Below are positions 1-13,017 of a stretch of DNA of 64,000 nt, in pieces (position 1 is the stretch's first letter; each line of letters begins with the position of its first letter). This DNA is from Chrysomallon squamiferum (lineage: Eukaryota; Animalia; Mollusca): contig CM022679.1 in the NCBI GenBank assembly GCA_012295275.1, forward strand, positions 15,624,001-15,688,000. The letters are read 5' to 3'. The translations under genes and the position numbers were made by a program. The notes beneath the pieces are model-generated. The model made no database searches and was not told where the DNA came from. It was given only the letters and a program-made list of their open reading frames with translations.

Positions 1-627
1 AATGTTATTAATTTCTAGATAAAGATCCCGTTAAACCGATTATTTTATACATTTATCTGTTTAGTAAAATTATACACACACAGACAAACATACATGCGCT
101 CTTGTGTGTTATAATATTTGTTTTAAAACTACATTTTTGATGTTTTATATAGATTCATGCAAATAATAATTAAAAAATAAAATAAAATAAAATAAAATAA
201 AATAAAATAAAATAAATAAATAAATAAATAAATATATAAAATTTATAAAAATTACAAAGGACTGAATAAAAAACTGAGCACAATATTTTATACTAACATT
301 TTAATGATTAATGATTAAGACAAGAGTTTGTAAAAATAAGTAAATAAATAATTACATAAAATAACAAAACAAAACAAAACAAAATAAAATTCAGGCCTAA
401 ATAACAAAACAAAACAACAAAAGTTATTTGTTACTTTATTATTCTTTAACATTTTTTACATTTAAGAAATTTTTTCTTTTATGTCTGAAATAAGATAACG
501 TGAAAATATTTTACATTTAAATATGACATCTTACCAATACTAAACTCTACTGAGGCATGGTGAGTCGAAGGATCAAAGCCCCTCGCAGATTTCCCAGGCG
601 TTTTCACCTCCCTTCTCTGTCTTACAG

Positions 628-677
628 AACCCATCAAAGACGACGACAACGGCATTCCAGTAACAGCCTTGATGTAA
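628..677 (+). CDS. Candidate terminal coding exon of a gene starting upstream of the window (phase 1: xPIKDDDNGIPVTALM*)
   Basis: A long pyrimidine tract TTTTCACCTCCCTTCTCTGTCTTACAG ends at 627. It is followed by a locally GC-richer stretch open to TAA at 675-677, then UTR-like sequence with AATAAA at about 1388 and 1421. The frame is uncertain because the other phases also give short peptides, and I recognise no homology. Confidence 0.3.
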
Positions 678-1039
678 CAGATCCGTTGCTTACATTCAGT
701 TAGTGTACCATGGTGTAAAAAAAGGGAGTTTCCTTTTTGATTTTATGTTTGATATCTTATCTCATCTGATATCAGAATGAGCTGAAGTGTTGGTAATTAT
801 ACATAGTTCAATTTATTACTGACATATTAACATACTAACACATTCGAATCATCGTAATCTGCGGACTTAGGTAATAACAGACTATGAGTTCAGGGAGAAG
901 TGCTGAGATTGTTGGTCTGTGATGTCAGAGGTTCCTGGTCGAACATGTGCGTTTGTCGACTTGTTTCCCTTTAGAGCCAAGTCTACTACAGCAGCTTTAC
1001 CTCTTTCTTTGCTTTTTAGTGTGTTGGAAGATTCATATA

Positions 1040-1260
1040 CATTCATTGGTTCATTCATTCATTCTTTAAGTCATTAGTTTATTCCTTCCTTCACTGATTC
1101 ATTAGTTTATTCAATCGTTTTTAATTCCTCGACTGACTGATTCATTAGTTTATTCACTCATAACGTCCGTTTATTAGTTTATTCCTTTCTTCCATCATTC
1201 GTTTATTAACTGGTTTATTCATTACTTCACCCACTGAGTGATTAATTCATTGGTTTATAT
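1040..1260. repeat. Degenerate minisatellite with core (T)CATTAGTTTATTC
   Basis: The core recurs several times with variable TTCA/CTGA spacers. Confidence 0.6.
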
Positions 1261-2473
1261 ATTCATTCTGTCATTTAACAACGAGTATTATAAGTCATCT
1301 CTGAAAAAGACTGGTTATGTAACTAGAAGGAACAAATTAGTTAAAAATATTTTCATTTATTTTCATTTATTTTTGTTTTATTATTTTAATAAACTTAAAT
1401 AAACTGTCACCTTTTGCCCAGAATAAAATTCAGACCAGTTTGGTTACCAATTCTTGATTTATGGAACCTCAAACAGAATCATGTGTTAAACACGGGCAAA
1501 CAACACTTTAAAAATAATTTATTTAGCAAGAAACATGAAGCCATTCTATTTTAACTTGCTGAATTAATAACAAACTCTAGTGTTTGTCACAGACATTGTA
1601 AATGATAATAAATGAGATGCAGTGGAATATCAAGTTTATACGCCTTTGAAAATATACTACGTAAAATAAGATAGGGAACCCACGAATATCAGTAACATGA
1701 TAAATACATTTTTATAATACTTTTATAGTTAATTATGTATCAAGCTTTAGTAATGGAAAGAATAATAAGCTGATATTTATTTATTTATTTATTTATTTAT
1801 TTATTATTATTATTGTTGTCGTTATTGTTGTTATTGTTGTTGTCGTCGTCGTCGTTGTTGCTGTTGTTGCTGCTGTTGCTGATGGTGCCAAAATTGATGT
1901 TGTAGTGATTCTGCTAATTCCACTGTTACTGTTGTTGCTGATAATTCACAACTTCTCTTTTCTTTGGTTTGTCTTGCTGCTGTTGCTGCTACTTGACAAA
2001 TGTAGTCATCTTGGATGTATAACTGTCAGAGTCTAGTCGTGAGATTTTGCTTCCCAATTTGTCTCACTTAAGGCTTGGGGATTTGCTGGCCGCTCTTGTA
2101 GCACTGAGGTCAAAAAGGTTCGTCCCCACGGTTTTTGCGTGAACACATGTTATCCCTATTCAAAACGGATGACGACTTCAGTTCTGAATTCGTAAGAATG
2201 ATAAATAAGTGGGTGGCAAATTAACCAAATGTATTCGACCTGTCATATTTTTATATCCGTAGATGTTATTGTGAATGCACTTTCGAGACACTTGCAAAGC
2301 CTTCTGATCTAAATTTGTAACCACATAGATCTGTTAACATTGTTCTAATTAAGATCAAACTTTCAAAACACATCATTTATTACCTTTTAGAGAAGAAAAA
2401 TACCAGGGCATATGTTAAATTCGAGAGGTAAATTTTATTTTATTGCCATTGGAAATCATATTTGTTTTTATTA

Positions 2474-2519
<46 letters not shown>

Positions 2520-2650
2520 TTAAAATCTTTACAATAGAAAAATTACAAATTAAATTACTTTCTTTAAACAAGGATCACTTTAAAGAACTAATTGGTAGTC
2601 ATTGTAATTTTTTCTTTACGGTATAAAATAAATAACAGGGTTTTTTTGTT

Positions 2651-2705
<55 letters not shown>

Positions 2706-2878
2706 AGATATTTTCCAATAATTTTAATTTTTTGAGTGATTCAAACAAATAGAAACAATTCTTTTTTTAAATACTTTTTAATAATAATAAAATGCGACAA
2801 TAATGCAGCATGCATGTCAAAATTACTGCAATATATATAGTTATTTTACGTTTTACATATCAATATATACCAGAAGAG

Positions 2879-2930
2879 GTCATAAATAAAATAAATTTGG
2901 TCATATGACACTCCTCTAGCTAGTTAGTTG

Positions 2931-2971
<41 letters not shown>

Positions 2972-3312
2972 TTCCGTATAGTTAGTGGGTTTGTTTTTGG
3001 ACACCAGTCATTAATAATATTAAATGCAATAGCAACATAGCAAATATGTCACCATGTTTGATGACGGTCTTTTTCTAATACTTAATGACGTCATTTATTT
3101 TTATATATATTGTTCCACGATCAGCTGGTAAATTTAAGTTTTACATTTCAGTTTACACTAAATGACGTAATATATATAAAAATAATAATGTGATTCTCTC
3201 TAGCCAGTTAATTGTGGATGATGTCATTTTGTGTAATAACGTCATAAATAAAATAAATTTGGTCATATGACTCTCCTCTAGCTAGTTAATTGTTGACACT
3301 TTTTACAGGAAA

Positions 3313-3402
<90 letters not shown>

Positions 3403-3695
3403 CGTATAGTTAGTGGGTTTGTTTTTGGAACCCAGTCAATAATATTAAATGCAATAGCAACATAGCAAATATGTCACCATGTTTGATGACGGTCTTTTTC
3501 TAATACTTAATGACGTCATTTATTTGTATATATATTGTTCCTCGATCAGCTGATAATTTTAAGTTTTACATTTCAGTGTACGCCAAATGACGTCATATAT
3601 ATATAATAATAAAAAAATAATAATAATATGATTCTCTCTAGCTAGTTAATTGTTGATGACGTCATTTTGTGTAAATGACGTCATAAATAAAATAA
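2879..3695. repeat. Tandem duplication (copy 1 2879-3240, copy 2 3241-3679, start of a third copy at 3680); each full copy carries a (CA)n tract
   Basis: Both copies start GTCATAAATAAAATAAATTTGGTCATATGAC and share long near-identical blocks, e.g. TCCGTATAGTTAGTGGGTTTGTTTTTGGA and CATAGCAAATATGTCACCATGTTTGATGACGG. (CA)n lies at 2933-2970 and 3317-3398. Confidence 0.92.
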
Positions 3696-5145
3696 TTCGA
3701 TTTTGTAAATCTCTCTCATCTTTGATGATGTCATTTACAGCATTTCGTATATGGAACAGTTTAAAATACTTTACATGTACATTGTTGCCAGATTAGAATG
3801 GAAAATAAATTTGGTTCAATGAATTTCCTTTTGCTGGTTAATTTTTTATGACGTCATATCATAATATTAAAAAAATCATATATTATGAGAACAAGATTTC
3901 TCAGCTGTACGAATCCTTCGAAAACACACATCCACAATAATTTAAGCACTGATATTACATTGTAAATTGTTTAAATTGTTTGCATAAACATCCACATTTA
4001 TGTCAGTATATAAAACAGTCATTAATAAATTTAATGCGGTAAAGATGTTAGAGATACGTACAGAAATAAAGAGAGGTCAGAGCTTAGTTTCCACTGGAAT
4101 AAATACATAATATGCAACAAGTAACCTGAGATTCTCAGTAACTGTAATATATACAGAATTAAGCTATAAAAACCATATTTATATATTTTTTAAATGCATA
4201 ATTAATTTAACTGATCTTACGAATCGTTTTAAATGACCTAGATGCATATTTTAAGGCAATTAATGATTATTAGTTGGGTTTTTGTTTTTGAACATGGTTG
4301 AAGGGAGCTAATCTAATTTTAAGGAGTAGGGGTAACGCAGTTACTTTTCATTTTAGACTTTATTTAGGGATCTTTCGTGCCCTGTTTTTAACTATACTGC
4401 TGCTAACTCAAAACTTAAAAGAAAATACATAAATTTTAACTATTTTCTTTGTTTTTTTTTTTTTTTTTGCGTTTTAAAGTTATACGTATCGCTATATTTA
4501 ATTCGTTGAATTCATGAGTTACTGATTCCTTTGTAAAATGATTTTAAATATAATAACTATATTGCTGAAAACGTCAAATGTTTTCACTTCCTGTTAAAAA
4601 TGCTACGTTTAATAAGTTTTGCATTTTATAACTAATTATTGAAATTCTATCGATTTTTCTTATTCTGGAAGATGTATACAGCATAAAATATAATTTGATA
4701 TAGTTTTTAATAATTAACTAATACAGGGATTAAATTTTACACGGTTTTCTTTTTAGTCGTAATGATCAAGGGGGGACAATCGCATTTAAGATTGTATTTG
4801 TTGACAATTGTTTATGTTGATAAAATAAAAGCATATGGCAAATGTATAAAAGAGACTAGGGCATGAAATTAAAAGAAGATGAATATTGTTACTCGAAGGA
4901 AGAAACTTGAGACTTTTCATTTTCTCCTTACTGAATTAGTAATAATTATAGTTTATTGTTATGTGGCAAAGCTTTTGAAATTTAGAGGATGTCACTTAAA
5001 AAAAAAAAATAAAAAAAAAAATAAAGAAAATTAAATATAATTAAAAAAATTAAAAATATTATAATACTACGTAGGACCAATCAAATTTTAACTATCAATA
5101 CGTAGATAGATCGATGGATAACTAAAACAAATATAAACAAACATA

Positions 5146-5176
<31 letters not shown>

Positions 5177-5535
5177 GTCTGTCAGTCAGTAACTAATATC
5201 TAAATAAGAAAGTAAATAAATAAATCAAATAAATAAATACAACAATTAATTCGGTTTTGTTCCAAAAGCTGTCTTTCTTTTATTATCAAAAAAACATTTA
5301 TTAAACATTATTAATAATTTAACAAAAGATAATAAATAAATTAATAAAGACAATTAGATAAACAAGAGAATCATTATATAATAACACTTATCATAAAACG
5401 TTTTTTTCAATCAATAAAAAATAACAACAACAAGTAAATAATAATAATAATAATGATCATAAAGAAAAACATAATTTATAAAAAAGACACATTCAACAAA
5501 TCGAGGAAATTTAAAACATCATAAATTATAAAACT

Positions 5536-6010
5536 GGTTTCACAAAAACGACTTGAAAATTTACGCTAGATCTAAAACTGACAATAATATCTGTGTTTCT
5601 GATCTAAACAGATAAACTTGGACTTTTCTGATGGCGATACATCATACACACAAGGTGTCATTGCTACAAGACATTATTTCCTGTTGATGTCAAAGAATCC
5701 AGCATAAATCAGGAATGCTACAAGGTTATCTATTCCCTCCCTCTTTGTTCTTTCTTTTCATCAAAGATCGCCATCTCAAGAGTCAAGGGAAATTTATTTT
5801 TTTGTCATGGGACATCTATACTTTTGAGATTATGAGCTATACGTGAATGTTGCTTCATAATGAACGCAGGAAAACATCCATTCTCTTATACGAAAGACCC
5901 TGGACCCATAATAAACAGCTGGTTTAAAATATTGCCATGTTTAGAAAGCAAAGTATAAGGTTTCAATTACGAATGTAAAAACAACAAATAAATTCGTATA
6001 TTTAAATGCT
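5536..6010 (+). mobile_element. Decayed LINE reverse-transcriptase fragment (APE-type, CR1/L2/RTE-like)
   Basis: 5706-5768 translates to KSGMLQGYLFPPSLFFLFIKD, matching the RT motif SGVxQGxxLSPxLFxLFIND. It is preceded by GFTK...RSKTDNNIC (GFR..RSTxDNIF-like) and followed by degenerate LYVNVA (LYADD-like) and KYCHV*K (YCxxW-like). Stops and frameshifts are present. Confidence 0.5.
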
Positions 6011-6643
6011 GTTTATTTTCAGTTCTGCCATAGAATGATCACATTAAGATATCTAATGATGTTCATTGATTATTTTAATTTTCTTTCTATTGCGTTTAGT
6101 TTAGAACATTTTAAACCATGTGGATAGAAAATAAAATATATTCTTTTAAAATACGGAATGAATAAGTAATAATAAGAATAATGGTGATAAAAATAAATAA
6201 ATAAATAAATAAGTTACACGGAATGTTTTTCTAAATATTAATTATTGGTTTTATTATACTAAACAGTAGTTACAAAACATTATACAACAAAATTCACTTA
6301 CGTATATATAAATGAGAAATAACTATTTATGTACATACCCATCTTCATTACAATCTGAAAAAGAAGAAAAAAATAAACAGATTAAATATTTTGCTGATTG
6401 TTGAATATTAACATTAAAACCAATGCAATGTAAATTAACTTCTTTTTATCCCTAAAATATATAAAATATCCCTGATTTCATTCACTTATCTTGCTGCCGC
6501 TCATTTTAACTCTTTCATTGTCTGCATAGTTATAACAATTAACAGATAAAAACCCACACTAATATACACACATCAATATTATTTTTAATTTCTTTTGACT
6601 TTATTCTATTTTATAATTTATTTTTTTCTAAATTACGTATAGT

Positions 6644-6706
6644 AATTCAACATTATTTTTAGACATTGCAAAATTATTTTGAGACCTTGCAAAGTTATTT
6701 TGAGAT
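6644..6706. repeat. Three-copy 21-bp tandem repeat
   Basis: Units of approximately TTGCAAAATTATTTTGAGAC, with the leftmost copy more diverged. Confidence 0.7.
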
Positions 6707-7095
6707 CTGTAAGTGAAAATATGTAGCTCCGGCAATTTTTTGAACATGCAGGCTTCACTTCCATTAGTTTATTTTTGTTTTCTGTGTAACAAAGCCTAGT
6801 ATTCAGCAGGTATCTACAGTTGAACAATAAAATTAAGCCTGCATGATTCATACGGGTAATATATTTCATATGACATAACAATAATGACGAAAAGAAAAGG
6901 TTGAAACGTATGCTTTGATTTATTTAGTTTGTGGATATGTGAAGTTATTTTAATTATTGTCTGTCTCTCTCAAATTTCAGCTTCTAAACATGCATTTAAT
7001 TACTGAATATACATAATAATAAGCATAATTCAGGTATTAATAATGATGAAAATGATGATGATGATGATTGTGATAACAATAATAAATAATAATAA

Positions 7096-7139
<44 letters not shown>

Positions 7140-7278
7140 TTAATAATAATAATAATAATAATAATAAAAACATAATTAAACATTTTAAAGTAATATATTA
7201 ATTTTAATCTGTTATGAATTACTTGTTTATAATATTAACAGTTCAAATTTATCCGTTTCTCCTTTCCTTTTTATTAAA

Positions 7279-7323
7279 GCGCATGCGCAAAAATGTTTGC
7301 TTCATGCAGAGTTTTTTATTGGT
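7279..7323. promoter_or_regulatory. NRF1-type palindrome plus reverse CCAAT box
   Basis: GCGCATGCGC at 7279-7288 and ATTGG at about 7318-7322, in otherwise AT-rich sequence. Motif match only. Confidence 0.35.
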
Positions 7324-7544
7324 TCGTGTTGAACACGCCTCAACGTGTCTGATATTCTAAATATTTGTTTTATCACTCACTACACAAATCAAACGAAATA
7401 TCTTACATTAGGCTCAGAATAACGATATTTGAAATAAAATCTTAATTCTGGTTTTATCGTCTAAATTCATATAAAACAGGTGTGACAAATCAGATTATTT
7501 ATTCAACAAGTGAACTAAAATTGTCACTCGCCTGCAGGAGATAA

Positions 7545-7549
<5 letters not shown>

Positions 7550-7627
<78 letters not shown>
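7550..7627. repeat. (TAA)n microsatellite, representative of many (TAA/TAT)n tracts, e.g. 26552-26613, 33898-33958, 47298-47361, 49335-49404
   Basis: Perfect trinucleotide run read directly from the sequence. Confidence 0.97.
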
Positions 7628-7629
<2 letters not shown>

Positions 7630-8233
7630 TTTACTAAACAAACAAATAAACAAAATAAACAAAATAAACAAATAAACTAAAAAAAAAAAAAAAAATTTAA
7701 TTATTGTTATTTATTTATTTATTTAATCAATTTTATTTTATTTTATTTTTATTTTTATTTTTATTTTTTTTCATTGAAGAATAAAATTAAATACCACAAA
7801 GTTTATGGCAAAATTAAAAGTAAAATAAAAATATTCTTCATTGGCAATAAATAAAACCAGATGTGAAAAGAAAAAAGAAAGAAAGAAAGAAAGAAAGAAA
7901 GAAAAAAGAAATTGCGCAATCTTGGTGACGAAACTATTCAAATTCGACTGAATAGATGAAATTTTCGGTTATTACTTGCAATTTTTTATTACTTTTTTTT
8001 TTTGTTAAATGTATATACTTTCTGTTAATTTGAAAAAATAATTATAGTACTTTGGAAACAAACTAAACGGAGTTTAAAAATGTCAAGTTTATACTTTAAA
8101 AAAAGAAAAAAAGAATTTGATTCATTTGGGACCTTTAAGAAGGATCGAAATTACAAACGCATAAAAATACGGAGATAATTTTTGAAGAGGCATCGTTGCT
8201 CGACGTTATTCGGATATCAGATAGCAAGCTCAC

Positions 8234-8269
8234 CATATCTAGTTTCCTAATTACATATTCCGGCGCCAT
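8234..8269 (-). CDS. Candidate first coding exon MAPEYVIRKLDM followed by a phase-0 donor
   Basis: The minus strand reads caagATGGCG (good start context, also a YY1 motif), 12 open codons, then ATG|GTGAGC. It lies in a CpG-containing island. I found no convincing downstream exons or homology. Confidence 0.3.
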
Positions 8270-9716
8270 CTTGTCTCCTGCTGTACAGCGCGTAGTAATA
8301 CAATATCAGAACTAGCGGGGTGAAGAAGCCAAAAAAACATTTAAAAAAAAACAACATTTAAAAAAATGTAGGGAAAATCTTAGAATATTTAGAAAATTTA
8401 TTTTAAACAAAATTATTATTATTTTACCGTCTGTTTATTTATTTTATTTCATAATTTTATAATTTTATATTTCATTTTATTTTATTTTTAACAATGGCGA
8501 CCGGAACTGATTAACAGACAAGCCTATTGTAGATCCAAACTGTTTATTTAGAGGACTAAAATTTATTATTATTATTATTATTGTTGTTGTTGTTGTTGTT
8601 GTTATTATTATTGTTGATGTTATTATTGTTAATGTTGTTGTGGCTGTTTTTGTTGTTGTTGTATTAACATTTTTAATATTACAATATAATTTCATTCAAT
8701 TTCTATTTAAAATAAAATATACTAAAAAAAATCAGTCATATGTTGCAGTAGGTTAGTGTTTGATGTTGTTTCTTCTGAAGTAAACTTTTGATTCTATTTC
8801 AATATACAATAGTTTTGCTTTCGGTGTACCTCATTTCAGATTAAATATACTAAATGAATTTAGTGACAACATGTAATAAAATATAATTATTTTATTTGTG
8901 AAGTAAGCAAATACACCACCTACTATGCCCTTCATTGCAGGTTGTAATCCACTTGTTTTTGTAAAAATATATCAGGCTAAAAACATCTAAATGATAATTA
9001 TAATACTAAAAGGCTAAAGAAAAGGGAATTTAGTGCTAAGTGCAACAAACGAGGGAAAATATTTACTTTTTAAAAATGTATATAATTTAGCGGCCTCGCG
9101 TGTTTTTATTGGTAAGTAGAAAGAAATATACACAAAGAGAAACAAACACGAAAACCGTCACATATTTCACCATTAACGAAGCACTTGAAAGTTGCCGAGT
9201 TTGCTTGTTATTTCGCTTTTGTTTATTTCTGTGAAAGACGATTACCTTTTACCGTTAAGTGTAGTCACCAATGGCGGCTGTTTGACGTTTTCAAATTGAC
9301 TCAAATGTGCCGGGGAGAAAGGACTGTTCACAACATTGGCTTATCGCTCGCCACTGGTAATCAGAAATGGTCACCAGTAGCCTGGCTATGAGGGGCTATG
9401 AAAATAATTTGTCGTGAAACTAACACTGGAGAGGAGGGAACAAAATTTAAAAAAAAAACAAAAAAAAAAACATTAAATAAAAAAAATTTAAAAACAAATT
9501 AAAAAAAACATTCTAAGTATCGACATGGGACTTTTTGAAACTGACAAGTGATTTTTCTTTATCTGTATTTCTAGAGTTAAAGAAGGTGATGGAATTAAAA
9601 GTGATTACAAGAATAATATGGTTGTTACTTTAAAATATTTACTGAGATATTTGATAGTTTTCTTTTCTGTTTGTACAATGACGAAATTGCGTAAATCCAC
9701 AATAAAATATAATTGT

Positions 9717-9776
<60 letters not shown>

Positions 9777-11378
9777 TGTTAATGACGGTGATAATATTAA
9801 TATAAATTTGAGTTAAAAAAAAGAGAGTAAGTTTCTAATTCAAAATAACTGAAATAATAAAATGAAAAATTGCAGCTAGATAGACAGACACACAAACAGA
9901 TAGACAGATAGATAAATGAACAAATAATTCGACAAATAATAACAAAAAGTAAATAAATAAAAACATTTAAAAAAATTAATCAAATTGATGAACTTTACTT
10001 TTATAAATAAACTAATAAAAAGGTGCAAGTCAATAAACTACAGTGATATATAAAGTAATTTCAAATTAATTATTTAATGATAAATAGTAGAAATTAAGAT
10101 TTAATTTAAATAAATGTTTAAATAATTATGGTTTGAAAGCAAAATAAATAAATAAATAAACAAATAAACAAATAAATAAGCAAGCATACAATCAAACGAA
10201 CGAACGAAAGAAAGAACGAACAAACAAAAAAAAATAAATAAATAAATAAAAATTCCACATATAAAATAAAATAAAATAACAAGACTATGAAGAGAGATGA
10301 AATATGAATATATCTAATACACAACGTATTCTTATAATATAATAACAGACGTAAAAATAACGGTACTTCTTCGCCTGTTGTTCATTTGTATTCTAGACTC
10401 TGCCTCATGCACGCAGTGTCACGAGTTAACTGAATTTCAGTGATACATTTCATAGCGTTACCCTGGAGACCGCTGTCTTAAGAAGGCCCATTCATCAGTT
10501 TCAGATATTTGTGTATTATGCATCTTTCACCGTGCATGGCCACGCTGCCGTAGATCAATTTGCGTCGCCGTCAATGTTGATGTGGTGTGAGTGATATTTA
10601 CCAAGCTGTTCCCCAGTCGATTTTATGCCGAGCCAAATACGACCTTTGGGAGGAAGACCCAATTAAACCAGCCTTTGTCCTTAACACTAACCATGTGATT
10701 TATATAAATAAACGTCACTTTAAATTTGCAGCACATTTTCTATAAATAATTTTCATAATTCCGAAGCGTTTGAGATAAATTTATGAATAATATATAATTT
10801 TAAATAATATTTTAATTTAAGATGTATTGAAAATGGTTGTTGGATTTTTTTTTTTATTTGTTTTTTTTTTTTTTTTTGTCGTTTTTTAAAAAAAAAATAT
10901 TTGGATATTGGGGTGTTTTCTGATTTCAAAGAGATATTTAATATGTAACAAATAAATATTTCAAACTATTAGCAATTGTATACAAGTTTCCTAAAAATTA
11001 ATAAAATATTATATACATACTCAGACAGAGATAGAGAGATATATGATAGATTAATAGACAGTCAGACAGATAGACAGAAAGACAGATATACAGACAGTTA
11101 GAGACAGAGAAAGTATTATAAACAAATCACATTAATTAGTAAATGTACAAAATAATTCTGTGTTATAACAGAAATTTAATATATATGTGTTGAAGTATTT
11201 TCTGTTAAAAGGCAAAAACCACAAAATAAATAAATAAATAAACAAATAAATAAATAAAGACAAAAATAATAATAAATTTAAAAATATATTAAATAATTCA
11301 CAATATAATAAAACAGATTTGTATATACTTTTTGCTTTTCAGTTTATATGACTTCAATTATTATTATTATTATTATTA

Positions 11379-11409
<31 letters not shown>

Positions 11410-12160
11410 CTGACATTATCCTTATCACGGTCATCATACAATAATACAATATAGCTTATACTAGTACCACTGTTGTTGCTGCTGAGGCTATGACTACTAC
11501 TACCACTACCACCACTATTACATCAAACAACACAACAACTTCTACAACTACAGGTACTACTACTACTACTAAAAATATAATAATTGTAAAAGTAGTTGTA
11601 GTAGTTGTAGTAGTAGTAATAGTAGTAGAAGCAGCAGCAACAGCAGTAGTAATAATAACAGTGTCATTTTATCAACGTCACCATTTAGCTTATCATCTAT
11701 TTCTCGTTCAGCGTTCCGTACTTTAAAAGTTTTATAATATAAAACCACAAAAAGAAGCAAAAAAAAAAAACGAAAGATAAAAAAAATTCACTTAAATTTT
11801 TAGTTGTTAATGGATGCGCGTATTAGCTTGTAGAATTACATTATGACATTAACGGCAACATCAGTCCCTCCCTTTCAAACAAAATGTGATTAGTGACAAA
11901 ATTTGATGAAAACAGTCACATGAAGCTGGACTATTACTGGTGAGAGATAATGCAGTCACCTGTTTAATCTACCAGCCTACGTAAACAGAACTACTGTTAC
12001 TCTAACTTAAAGCCACAGGTCCCCGAAGTGATTGTCACGTGATTAATGACGTAAGTCGGTTAATATTTCGTCATATGATTATATTATAATATTAGGACGA
12101 ATTAATGTAAATTCGGTTCTTGTGTATGTTATTAAAAATTTATTTATTTATTTATTTATT

Positions 12161-12165
<5 letters not shown>

Positions 12166-12205
<40 letters not shown>

Positions 12206-12256
12206 GTAGTAGTAGTAGTAGTAGTAGTAGCAGCAGCAGCAGCAGCAGCAGCAGTA
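12166..12256. repeat. Compound microsatellite (TAA)n-(TAG)n-(CAG)n
   Basis: In-register stepwise change of the repeat unit. Confidence 0.95.
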
Positions 12257-12790
12257 ATAGTAGTAATAGAATAAGAAGAAGGAACTACGAAGTAAATCAC
12301 TTTGTTGTCTTAAAGGCAAATTATATTCCTCAATTTTTGTGTTGCCCCTCACTTTTATTAAGTTTTATATACAGTCAAACATAAACACATTCTTTACAAA
12401 ACTTGTTCTGTGACCGCATCCTGCCAACCTGCTTCAGTCATCCTTTGCACTTGCTGTCATACATAGATGCGGTTTAGAATGTCACTGAGGTTTCTGTAAT
12501 ATCACACCCTAACATCACTACCCAAAAGACGTAGCCACTTGCACATACATATCGTCTGGCAGGAGCACCAGCTACTCGCACGAGAGGCAGATATTTAATT
12601 AAGTGTACGCTGCTCTTTTGTGTATTGCATAATCCGCCTCTTTCTTTATCTAGAGATTAATGTGAAGTGACACGGACTGAGACGCTGAAATCTGAAGCTA
12701 ACATATTGGTCTGAGTAACGCCGATACGTTGAGCAGGATCAACTCAGGGTTATCAGACAGAGAGACTCTCAGTTTCTCAGATCTGGATCT

Positions 12791-13017
12791 CTAACTCCCT
12801 TTTTCTGATTACCAGATTCCCTTGTTCTGTATCCTGGTTTTTAGACAGTTCCTTGTTAAACCGTTTTATGAATATCCACTCCTCCGATTATGACTCTCTT
12901 TTCTGGTTACATGATTCCCACATTTAATTCCTTAGTTTTCACAGTGTTGTTGGTTACACCGTTTTACAAGTATCCATTCTTCATTGTGTATTTTCCTACC
13001 TGGTTCCTGGATTCTCG
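12791..13017. repeat. Old tandem repeat with a period of about 98 bp (two copies plus a partial third)
   Basis: ACTCCCTTTTTCTGATTACCAGATTCCC aligns with ACTCTCTTTTCTGGTTACATGATTCCC, and CCGTTTTATGAATATCCACTCCTC (12861) aligns with CCGTTTTACAAGTATCCATTCTTC (12959). Confidence 0.65.

Noticed and set aside
5615-5790. Imperfect inverted repeat of about 30 bp (GACTTTTCTGATGGCGAT / ATCGCCATCTCAAGAGTC) suggesting a MITE
   Set aside because: There is no target-site duplication, and the interval is better explained as a LINE RT remnant.
10544-10565. CCGTAGATCAATTTGCG resembling miR-10/miR-100
   Set aside because: The seed does not match and no complementary arm is present.
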